The position numbers and the translations under genes are program-made. A DNA stretch of 61,761 bases, from assembly GCA_049325495.1 (NCBI GenBank), contig JBMOKV010000477.1, positions 1-61,761 on the forward strand. The letters are read 5' to 3'. Of this stretch, positions 11,903-19,724 are shown in pieces (within the stretch, counting starts at the first letter, position 1; the number at the start of each line of letters is the position of its first letter). Below the pieces are notes generated by a model, which did not search any database, was not told the origin of the DNA, and saw nothing but the letters and a program-made list of their open reading frames with translations. This stretch comes from Candidatus Rifleibacteriota bacterium (lineage in GTDB: Bacteria > Muiribacteriota > Ozemobacteria > Ozemobacterales > Ozemobacteraceae).

Positions 11903-11944
11903 TAAGCAGGAGGCCGGGGGTCATTCCCCGGCCTGATTAAACCA

Positions 11945-12304
11945 ATGTCAGAAGAAAATAAAACTGGTCGAAAAAAAAGAGTCAGGTTCTCAACCGAAAT
12001 AATGTTTATTATTTCAGTTCTTTTCTGCGTGGCACTGTCAATTACCTATCTGGTGAGATACAACAACATTCGCAGTCTTCTGCAGCGCGAGACTGAACTG
12101 AAAGAAAAAATTGAAGCGCTCGAGCGTGAAAACCGGCATTTAAAACAGAATCTTGACACACTTTCTACTCCCGAAGGCATTGAAAGACTGGCCCGTGAAC
12201 GTCTTGGCCTGGTCAAACCAGAAGAACTGGTAATTTATACGGTTAACGATTCTGTGGCCACCGATACGGCAAACCAGCCACAGAATATGGGTGGCGGCCA
12301 GTAG
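11945..12304 (+). CDS. Septum formation initiator FtsB/DivIC family
   Basis: One TM helix, coiled coil, IERLARERLGLVKPEE signature. Confidence 0.85.
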   Translation: MSEENKTGRKKRVRFSTEIMFIISVLFCVALSITYLVRYNNIRSLLQRETELKEKIEALERENRHLKQNLDTLSTPEGIERLARERLGLVKPEELVIYTVNDSVATDTANQPQNMGGGQ

Positions 12305-12323
12305 TTTACTTGCTATTTTTTTG

Positions 12324-12352
12324 TTGATTTTATTTTGTACCTGTGTTAAATT
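12324..12352 (+). promoter_or_regulatory. sigma70 promoter of the tRNA/SRP RNA operon
   Basis: TTGATT, 17-bp spacer, TAAATT with a TG extension, 11 bp before the first tRNA. Confidence 0.55.
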
Positions 12353-12363
12353 AAAAAACACTT

Positions 12364-12446
12364 GGAGGAATGGCCGAGTGGTCGAAGGCGTCGGTCTTGA
12401 AAACCGAAGGGCGAAAGCTCCGTGGGTTCGAATCCTACTTCCTCCG
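12364..12446 (+). tRNA. tRNA-Ser(TGA)
   Basis: Acceptor GGAGGAA/TTCCTCC, anticodon arm CGGT-CTTGAAA-ACCG, long variable arm, GTTCGAATC T-loop, no encoded CCA. Confidence 0.95.
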
Positions 12447-12457
12447 CTTTCTACTCT

Positions 12458-12546
12458 GGAGAGATGGGTGAGTGGCTTAAACCAACAGTTTGCTAAACTG
12501 TCGTACTGGGTAACTGGTACCGGGGGTTCGAATCCCCCTCTCTCCG
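12458..12546 (+). tRNA. tRNA-Ser(GCT)
   Basis: Acceptor GGAGAGA/TCTCTCC, ACAGT-TTGCTAA-ACTGT, long variable arm. Confidence 0.95.
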
Positions 12547-12559
12547 AAGTAAAAAAATT

Positions 12560-12634
12560 GCGCCCGTAGCTCAGTTTGGATAGAGCACCAGATTGCGGAT
12601 CTGGTGGCCAGAGGTTCGAGTCCTCTCGGGCGCG
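12560..12634 (+). tRNA. tRNA-Arg(GCG)
   Basis: Acceptor GCGCCCG/CGGGCGC, anticodon arm CCAGA-TTGCGGA-TCTGG, A20 in the D-loop, G37. Confidence 0.93.
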
Positions 12635-12665
12635 CTGTTCTTTTCTGGCAACCTTGATTGCCAAT

Positions 12666-12750
12666 GGAAAGGTGGCCGAGTGGCTTAAGGCGCACGCTTG
12701 GAAAGCGTGTGTAGGTCACACTACCGCGGGTTCGAATCCCGCCCTTTCCG
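12666..12750 (+). tRNA. tRNA-Ser(GGA)
   Basis: Acceptor GGAAAGG/CCTTTCC, CACGC-TTGGAAA-GCGTG, long variable arm. Confidence 0.95.
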
Positions 12751-12751
12751 A

Positions 12752-13022
12752 TGTCGTGCTAGGTGGAGGGCTCGGGGTCCTCTATCAACCGCAAATCCCC
12801 GTCAGGCGGACTGAATTCCTGACAGAGGGCTTTATTGGTAGTACCGGCCGGTTCTAAAAGCATCGAAGGACGGGTTCCACACGGCGAGAGTCCGTGAACC
12901 CCGCCAGGATCGGAAGATAGCAACGGTAAGCGATCGCTTTCGGGTGATGTGGCAGCGCCTGTCCGGAGCCTATAGTTCAGGACACGGGCTATTGATGTAA
13001 GTTCGAAGTCAGGTGCACGACT
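12752..13022 (+). ncRNA. ffs: Signal recognition particle RNA, large (Alu-containing) bacterial type
   Basis: Helix 8 CCGCCAGG-ATC-GGAA-GAT-AGCAACGG near 12900-12927. The 5' GTCGTGC (12753-12759) pairs with the 3' GCACGAC (13015-13021). About 270 nt, directly upstream of dnaX. Confidence 0.9.
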
Positions 13023-13026
13023 TTTT

Positions 13027-13052
13027 AAAAACCCTCTTTATTGAGGGTTTTT
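13027..13052 (+). terminator. Rho-independent terminator after SRP RNA
   Basis: AAAAACCCTC-TTTATT-GAGGGTTTTT followed by a T-rich tail. Confidence 0.8.
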
Positions 13053-13134
13053 ATATTTTAGTTTGATTTACGAATTTGCTTCTACCGGCAAAAAAGGTTA
13101 TTTATATGAGAGTGTAATCCCACAGGAGAAAGCC

Positions 13135-14826
13135 ATGACTGTTCCAGTGAAGCAGAATCTTTATCGTAAATATCGCCCGACCCGTTTTTCTGAACTTGCT
13201 GGGCAAGAGCATATTTCACGCACCATTCAGTCATCGGTGGCATCGGGACGCACCTCACATGCATACATGTTTTCCGGCCCGCGTGGAACGGGAAAAACCT
13301 CGAGTGCCCGCCTGCTTGCCAAAATTCTCAATTGCCTGTCGCCGGTCAGCGATTTGGCGGGGTTACCTGATTGTTGCTGCCAGTGCGAGAATTGCCGGCG
13401 TATTGATTCGCAGAATTTTATGGATATCGTTGAAATCGATGCGGCGAGCAATAACAGCGTTGAAGACATCAGGCAGATGCGGGAAAAGGTCAGATACCGC
13501 CCGGCTGAGGGGAAATACAAGATTTACATTATCGATGAAGTGCACATGCTTTCAGGTTCGGCATTCAACGCCTTTCTCAAGACTCTTGAAGAGCCGCCGG
13601 AAAATGTGATTTTCGTTCTGGCCACAACCGATCCACAAAAGGTTCCGGCAACTATCATTTCCCGCTGTCAGTGTTTTGACTTTCATTCGGTTTCGCGCAA
13701 AACCATCAAAGCCCGCCTGGAAGAAATAGTCAGGCTTGAACGGGAAACCGGCGAGTTTCCTGAATTTGATGCAGAAGCACTGGGAATGATCGCTGAATGT
13801 GCTCAGGGAGGTTTTCGTGACGCATTGAGCCTGCTTGACCAGATTTCCTCGACTGCCGTTTCCGGAAAAATAGAGCTCGACCAGGTTCTTTTAATGACCA
13901 GGCGGTTGAGTTATTCAATTCTTCGTGACCTGTCTGCCGGAGTTTTTACCAACCAACCGGCAAGCGTTATAAAGATTCTGAATGAGCTTTTTTTCCGGGG
14001 TTACGAGCCTTCGACTATTGCCCGTGACTTTCTAGAGCATCTGCGGCGCTGCATGTTACTGAAAATAGACAGTGAGGCAAACCAGATTCTAGATCTGCCA
14101 CAGGAACAGGTTGATGAAACCCTGGCAATGATAAGAAATCTTGCGCCACGATATCTGGTCACTGCGGTCAGCAGAGTCGAAAGGGCGATTATGAATTTAA
14201 AAAGCTCTTTTCAGGCCAGAATTTTGCTTGAATCAGAAATGATTCGCCTTACCCTGGGAAATGATATTTTTAGCGCAGAAGAGCTTGAAAAGAGAGTTGA
14301 AGCTCTTGAGCAGAAACTGGCCGGGCTGAAACGTGGTGGTGTGCCAACCGGTCGACCGGTTGTGAAAGCAGTGATGCCCGTTCGCCGGCATGAGAGCCCC
14401 GAACCCAGAGAAGAAGAAACCGTGTTAAACCTGGTTAAAGATGTGATGCTTGATTTCAAAAATGCCGTGGCTTCGCGGTCGCGAGTTTGTTCAGCCCTAA
14501 TTGGCCCCGCAAAAATCGGCAAACCGGTTAACGGGATACTGACCATAGCCATGGAGCAGGAATTTGCGGTTAACAAGCTCAAAGAGGAAAAGAATCTGGC
14601 CGTTCTGCTTGAAGCAGCACGAGAAGCTTTTGGGGCAATCGACAGGGTAGACTTCAAAGTGCCTGGAAAAAGCAGCGAAAGCAGCGAAAGGGTACCGGAA
14701 AAAATCAGTCATCGCGAGCAGATTGCGAGAATTGACGACGCGGCTAGAAAAAAGTTGTTGGCAAAACCGGCTATTGCTGATGCTATCGAGGTTTTTGGGG
14801 GAGAAATACTCGACCTGGAAAGCTGA
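13135..14826 (+). CDS. dnaX: DNA polymerase III subunit gamma/tau
   Basis: LYRKYRP, GPRGTGKTS, EIDAASN, IIDEVHML, FLKTLEEPP, TIISRCQ. ATG at 13135 follows CAGGAG; the ORF track starts at 13063. Confidence 0.97.
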   Translation: MTVPVKQNLYRKYRPTRFSELAGQEHISRTIQSSVASGRTSHAYMFSGPRGTGKTSSARLLAKILNCLSPVSDLAGLPDCCCQCENCRRIDSQNFMDIVEIDAASNNSVEDIRQMREKVRYRPAEGKYKIYIIDEVHMLSGSAFNAFLKTLEEPPENVIFVLATTDPQKVPATIISRCQCFDFHSVSRKTIKARLEEIVRLERETGEFPEFDAEALGMIAECAQGGFRDALSLLDQISSTAVSGKIELDQVLLMTRRLSYSILRDLSAGVFTNQPASVIKILNELFFRGYEPSTIARDFLEHLRRCMLLKIDSEANQILDLPQEQVDETLAMIRNLAPRYLVTAVSRVERAIMNLKSSFQARILLESEMIRLTLGNDIFSAEELEKRVEALEQKLAGLKRGGVPTGRPVVKAVMPVRRHESPEPREEETVLNLVKDVMLDFKNAVASRSRVCSALIGPAKIGKPVNGILTIAMEQEFAVNKLKEEKNLAVLLEAAREAFGAIDRVDFKVPGKSSESSERVPEKISHREQIARIDDAARKKLLAKPAIADAIEVFGGEILDLES

Positions 14827-14938
14827 TATCAGAAAAGTGATAAATATTGCCTTTTCATTGTGAAATTTTCCCTGTTTTTTTTTATCCGTCCAGAAAATGC
14901 CCATTGAAAAACCTTTGTTTAAAGGTCTTTCAAAAGAT

Positions 14939-15265
14939 TGTGCATATGTCCACTATGGTACAAAGGTTTTTAGTGGAAAATGTGGAAAACCATGGGGAAA
15001 AGCATTAATACTGAATCGAATCCTGTGGAAAAAGAAAAATGCTACCCTCTTGACAAAGACTGTTTAAAAGCATTTGCGAAGATTTTTCCAGTGGCCGAAA
15101 AAAAGTCTTGCCAAAATGAAAACCGATTTTGTCAATATTGTGTACATAAATTTTCCTGGTTTTAACTTAACCGGGGTCAGGAAAAAAGGTTTGATAAAAA
15201 GTTGTGTGGTGGTTTTTGGGGGCCAAAAGTGCGATGTTGTCTGTACATGTGGAGTTTGGGGAAAA
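14939..15265. promoter_or_regulatory. Second DnaA-box cluster downstream of dnaX
   Basis: Perfect TGTGGAAAA at 14981-14989 and 15024-15032. One-mismatch boxes at 14939, 14972, 14993, 15141 and 15257. Confidence 0.65.
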
Positions 15266-15419
15266 GCTTTGTTTACATAATCTGTGTACACGGTCTTATG
15301 TAAACCAGGGTACAGTTTTGAATCAGCACTTTTTTTATTCTCGGCAGAGATTCAGAATAATTTATAGCATTTCAAAATAAACCAAACTTGCAGGGCCCGA
15401 AAAAATAACATCTCACGAA

Positions 15420-15635
15420 GTTATACAAAAGCTCATTGAAAAATTCGCATTACCACGTCGCTTCGATGGTTCGACAGGCTCACCAACCGCCCGCTAAGCG
15501 GGCTCAGCGACCGACAAAAGGCGGTCGTTGAGCCTGTCGGACGCGAAGGACTCGCTAATGCAGAGTCGCCTGAGGATTCAGCGCGACTCGTAAAATGCCC
15601 GCCTTTGAGAAATAGTTAATGAGCTTTGGTATAAC
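15420..15635. mobile_element. MITE-like element with 18-bp imperfect terminal inverted repeats and nested hairpins
   Basis: GTTATACAAAAGCTCATT (15420-15437) versus AATGAGCTTTGGTATAAC (15618-15635), one mismatch; no coding capacity; a second degenerate copy at 22652-22764. Confidence 0.65.
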
Positions 15636-15786
15636 AAGCCACCGAGTTGCTTTTTTCTAAATTCTTTGTGTACTGGGCAATTTTACGTTTTGAAGCGAAA
15701 AAAAGAGGGGCATGGCAAAAAGCTTTGGTTATCCAGCCAGTGATTGGCCGGGTAACCAAAGCTTCGCATTGTCTGGCGCAAAATGG

Positions 15787-16605
15787 TTACTTTTTCTTTT
15801 TTCCTTTTTTACCGGATTTTTCTTTTTTTGCTTCCTGGGCTGCTTTTTTTTCTTCAGGACTCACGGTTCCGTCTTTGTCCGTATCCATTTTTTCCTGGCG
15901 TTTGGCTTTTTTTTGAGCTTTAATTGCAGCTTCTTCATTCTCATCGAGAACCCCGTCTTTGTTCAGGTCGTATTTTTTCAATCTGGTGGCATCTTTCATT
16001 GCCTTGGTTTCATTGTCATCGAGCTGGCCGTCATGATTGTTGTCCCATTTTTTCAGCTTTGCAGCTTTTTTCATTGAGGCTTTTTCACTCTCATCGAGTT
16101 GCCCGTCATTGTTGGCATCCCATTTTTTGAGCTTGTTGGCTTCTTTCATCGCTTTGGTTTCAGCATCGTCAAGCTTGCCGTCTTTGTTGGTGTCAAATTT
16201 TTCGAGCTTTCTGGCCTCTTTTTGTTTCTTCTTTTCCGCCTTTTCAGCTTCGCTCAGCTTTCCATCACCATCCGTGTCGAATTTTCCAGGTTTGTCGGCT
16301 TTTTTTCCGGTATTTCCACTCGCCTGCCGCGCCGCTTCTTTTTCCTGGCCATTCAGCTGCCCGTCACCGTCTTTGTCAAATCTGGCAAGTCGTTCTGCTT
16401 TCAGGGTGTTTTGCATTGCGCTCTTTTCGTCGGGGCTTAAATCACCGTTTTTGTCAAAATCAAATCGATCTTTGATTTCTGGGGTAACATTTCCGACGCC
16501 GTTATCCCAACCCTCATCAAAAATCGGGTCAGTGGCCGTCTGGGCATAAGATGAATGGTTCAAAGCTACGATTAACGCGAGAATAAGCAGAAATTTTCTG
16601 GTCAT
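15787..16605 (-). CDS. Secreted poly-EF-hand calcium-binding protein (8 loops)
   Basis: Signal peptide, then DFDKNGDLSPDE, DKDGDGQLNGQE, DTDGDGKLSEAE, DTNKDGKLDDAE, DANNDGQLDESE, DNNHDGQLDDNE, DLNKDGVLDENE, DTDKDGTVSPEE. Confidence 0.9.
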   Translation of the reverse strand: MTRKFLLILALIVALNHSSYAQTATDPIFDEGWDNGVGNVTPEIKDRFDFDKNGDLSPDEKSAMQNTLKAERLARFDKDGDGQLNGQEKEAARQASGNTGKKADKPGKFDTDGDGKLSEAEKAEKKKQKEARKLEKFDTNKDGKLDDAETKAMKEANKLKKWDANNDGQLDESEKASMKKAAKLKKWDNNHDGQLDDNETKAMKDATRLKKYDLNKDGVLDENEEAAIKAQKKAKRQEKMDTDKDGTVSPEEKKAAQEAKKEKSGKKGKKKK

Positions 16606-16738
16606 GACAAATCCCCTCTTTGAAAAACTTCAAAACAATTATATCACCTGGTAAAAGTTTCTGAAAACAAGCAAAGATATTTTGCTGGACTGGAAGTCAT
16701 CTCAAAATTGCCTCGAAAGCATGATTAAAATGCCAACT

Positions 16739-16763
16739 GGATGCCTGCCTACGCAGGCATGAC
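16739..16763. repeat. REP-like palindrome
   Basis: GG-ATGCCTGC-CTAC-GCAGGCAT-GAC; resembles the widespread GATTCCCGC...GCGGGAATGAC class of intergenic palindromes. Confidence 0.5.
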
Positions 16764-16808
16764 GTTAATGAATTTTGAGATGAATTTTAATTAATTCAAA
16801 TTTGATTT

Positions 16809-19724
16809 TCAATCGGTTGAACAGGTTATTATAACCAGAGTTTTATCATCAGAATTTTGAATAAGTCCGGCTTTCTGGTAAAACTGGTTGACGTTCTGGA
16901 AATATTTCAGGGGGGAAATGTTGAAACTGCTCAGTAGTGCCGATTTGAACTTTTCAAGATCCATATTTTCAAGTTCGTAATAGCCGTCTGTATAGAGAAC
17001 CAGTGCCTGGCCAGGTTCCAGCTGATAAGAGGCGGTTTTTTCATAGTCTTTTTTTGAAGTTCCCAGCGGAGAATTTATCATCGCCAGCATTTCAACCCGG
17101 TTATTATTTTTGTCGATCAGAATGGGAAAGCAGTGCCCGGCATTGAGATAGGTAAATTGCCCGTTTTTATCAAAGAGCAGATATTGAAAAGACATGAATT
17201 TTTTCTGGTTTCGGTTTTGTGTTTGTTTCAAAAGTTTATTTAAACGGTTTGCAAGTGCTAAAGGCTGGTTGTAAAGATCAAAAAGCTTTATAACCGCCGA
17301 TTTTACGAAGGCCATTATCAGAGAAGCTGCAACTCCATGACCCGAAACGTCGCCGAGCATAAAACCGGTCTTTCCATCAGAAGAGTTAAGTATGTCAAAA
17401 TAATCGCCACCAAGGTCATCGAGCGATTCAGTTTTTCCATAAAAATTTATTTTTCCGTGAACCTGCTCTTCATTGAGCTGAGGTAAAAGCTTTTCTTGAA
17501 CTATTCCCGCAACCTGCAATTCTTCCATGTCGTTGAGGGTTCGGTTGAAAATCTGGGCCAGATGACCGAATTCGTTCTTTCCCAGGTCTGGCAGGCGATA
17601 ACTGAAATTTCTTGAGCCCAGGGCGTTAACTCCCTTTTTGAGTACGGTTATTGGCTCGGTTACAGTTCCTGAAATCAAAAGGCTCAGGGCAAAAATTGCC
17701 AGAGCGGTTAAAATACCTGCAAGCAGGATGTTTTTTATCAGTTTCTTCGATTCATCATCGATAACTTCGAGTGGAAAAATGGCCACCATCGAAATATTGT
17801 CATTATGATTGCCCTGATATGGCATGAAAAAGTGTTTTTTGCCCTGATAATCAATAACGGAAGAAATGCCATTATTTGATGCGTTAATTTTATCGAGGAA
17901 AACTCTGATCTGGTAATCATTAATCGTTCCTTCCGGAAAATATGCGTCGTAAGATGTTCTAATAAAAATTCGGAAGCCATATTTGTTGCGGTTTAGGTTA
18001 TTGATCGTTTTTTCGGCAAAATGTCTCGCAAGGTCACCGCTGCTCAAAATCGCCAACAGGTTGTAATCGTAAGCTGAAGAATTTAAACGGAGTATTTTAA
18101 TGAAACTTTTGAAGGGTTGGCTGCCAAAACCAAATCGCCAAAGTGTTCCAAGAGATTCAAAGTAGCTTTGAGAAATGATCATCTGGTTGCTTTGCCCCAT
18201 TGCGTCAAAAACCATTTCCGCTTCCAGGCCCTGTTTATCTGAGGGTGTGCTTCCATTCATAAGGGTCAGAAAAAATTTGAAAATTATATCAAAGGCTCGA
18301 ACTCTATTTATTCTATCAGGCTCAATGGGCCCCTGATCTGATTGAAAAAGATAATTGATGACCTGGTTTCGGGTTAGAATCGCTCTTTCATTGGCTATCA
18401 ACGGGGTTTGGCTACCGATCAGAAAAAAGTTTCTCAGTTCCGGGACCTGTTTGCTTATAAAATCAGAAACTGCCTGTCGGGTAATTCCTTCTTTCTGCAA
18501 TGAATTTTCCAGGGCCGGAATGGTTTTTTCCAGAGTGGCGAGTTGAGCTGATTCCGAAAAAACAACTCCTTCATCGATACTTTGCAGGAAATCCAGGCTG
18601 CTGCGGTTAAGGTCGCCGATTCTGCTTTCTCGAAACTCATTTACGTAATCATGGCCAATAACCAGGTAAAAAAGCATGGGCAGAAAACTGGAAAAAACAA
18701 ACAGTACTATCAGTCTGAGTTGAAGTCGGCCTGGCGCAGGTTTTTTACCGCTCGCAGCAAAATGCTGGGCGAGTAAAGTCGCGATGAAAAACCAGAAAAG
18801 AAGGAAAACTTTTTCATGAATTACCCTGGTTGAACCTGGAATCTTGTGGTGATCGATTAATCCAATCAGTTTTCGAGAATCATCCAGAGGATAAACGCAC
18901 AAAGTCAAATCATTACGGGTTAAAACTCGATTTGTCTTGATTTTGGAAATCCCGGAAAAGGCTTTTAAGCTTGCCGAATGATCTCTTGTTTCTGGCATTA
19001 TTGAAGAGCCTTCAAGAAGAAAAATCGGATTCTTTCTGTTTTTTTCCTGGTTAATCTGGGTAATATGATTTTTAATTGATGAATAGTTTTTCAACTTGTC
19101 AGGATTGAAAAAAACCAGAAGACCAGACGATTCTGCCATTCCGAGCCAAATTTTGTCGGCTTTATCGGAGAATGAAACCCTGGCAAGAGAAGGTGAACTG
19201 TTGTGAGAGCAGATAAATCGGGATTGGGTAAAGAAAATTGGACCGATCATGGTTCGCAGATTGATGATTTCATCTTCAGGATAATCTTCAAAACGAATGT
19301 CGTATTGATCGGTAAACTCGAGAATCATGGTTCTGGCTGCCTTCTCCCAGGCATGCCTGTCAGAGGTCCAGTTGAAGTTGCAATATGTGATTTCAGCTTT
19401 ACTGTTCCAGATCATGATTCGACAATTCAGATCTGTTTTGTTTAAAAAATTTTGAACCGCGATTTCCATTTTCCCGGGATCGAAAACATTGCCATAGTAG
19501 ATGTCCCGTAAATTTGAACTCAGGTAATTTTCAGAGTCGGCGGCGGTAATTTTGATGTTTTCACATTCACTCTGAACACGCTGAACTTCATTTTCAAGAT
19601 TATTTTTAAACAGATATTTGGAATACAGGTTCCATAGATAGCTGAAAACCATGGCTGGAAAAAATAATATCAACAACCAGACAAGGCCATTCTGAAACGT
19701 TTTTCTGCCCGATTCAGTTCTCAT
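16809..19724 (-). CDS. Multi-TM sensor with HAMP and SpoIIE/PP2C phosphatase domain
   Basis: Four hydrophobic segments, HAMP (TEPITVLKKGV...NEFGHLAQIFN), LGGDYFD, GDVSGHG, YTDG, SDDKT. Confidence 0.9.
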   Translation of the reverse strand: MRTESGRKTFQNGLVWLLILFFPAMVFSYLWNLYSKYLFKNNLENEVQRVQSECENIKITAADSENYLSSNLRDIYYGNVFDPGKMEIAVQNFLNKTDLNCRIMIWNSKAEITYCNFNWTSDRHAWEKAARTMILEFTDQYDIRFEDYPEDEIINLRTMIGPIFFTQSRFICSHNSSPSLARVSFSDKADKIWLGMAESSGLLVFFNPDKLKNYSSIKNHITQINQEKNRKNPIFLLEGSSIMPETRDHSASLKAFSGISKIKTNRVLTRNDLTLCVYPLDDSRKLIGLIDHHKIPGSTRVIHEKVFLLFWFFIATLLAQHFAASGKKPAPGRLQLRLIVLFVFSSFLPMLFYLVIGHDYVNEFRESRIGDLNRSSLDFLQSIDEGVVFSESAQLATLEKTIPALENSLQKEGITRQAVSDFISKQVPELRNFFLIGSQTPLIANERAILTRNQVINYLFQSDQGPIEPDRINRVRAFDIIFKFFLTLMNGSTPSDKQGLEAEMVFDAMGQSNQMIISQSYFESLGTLWRFGFGSQPFKSFIKILRLNSSAYDYNLLAILSSGDLARHFAEKTINNLNRNKYGFRIFIRTSYDAYFPEGTINDYQIRVFLDKINASNNGISSVIDYQGKKHFFMPYQGNHNDNISMVAIFPLEVIDDESKKLIKNILLAGILTALAIFALSLLISGTVTEPITVLKKGVNALGSRNFSYRLPDLGKNEFGHLAQIFNRTLNDMEELQVAGIVQEKLLPQLNEEQVHGKINFYGKTESLDDLGGDYFDILNSSDGKTGFMLGDVSGHGVAASLIMAFVKSAVIKLFDLYNQPLALANRLNKLLKQTQNRNQKKFMSFQYLLFDKNGQFTYLNAGHCFPILIDKNNNRVEMLAMINSPLGTSKKDYEKTASYQLEPGQALVLYTDGYYELENMDLEKFKSALLSSFNISPLKYFQNVNQFYQKAGLIQNSDDKTLVIITCSTD

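Noticed and set aside
11911-11934. Hairpin AGGCCGGGG-GTCATT-CCCCGGCCT after gyrA as a terminator
   Set aside because: No U-tract and the ftsB-like gene starts 10 bp later; more likely a stability or processing stem.
14748-14754. A_AAA_AAG slippery heptamer in dnaX, in the same frame as the E. coli gamma/tau frameshift site
   Set aside because: It lies only about 24 codons from the stop, has no upstream SD-like stimulator or convincing downstream hairpin, and AAA-AAG is a common Lys-Lys pair.
15460-15600. CRISPR array or tRNA-like gene in the hairpin-rich region
   Set aside because: No regularly spaced identical repeats, no cas genes and no cloverleaf; better explained as a MITE.
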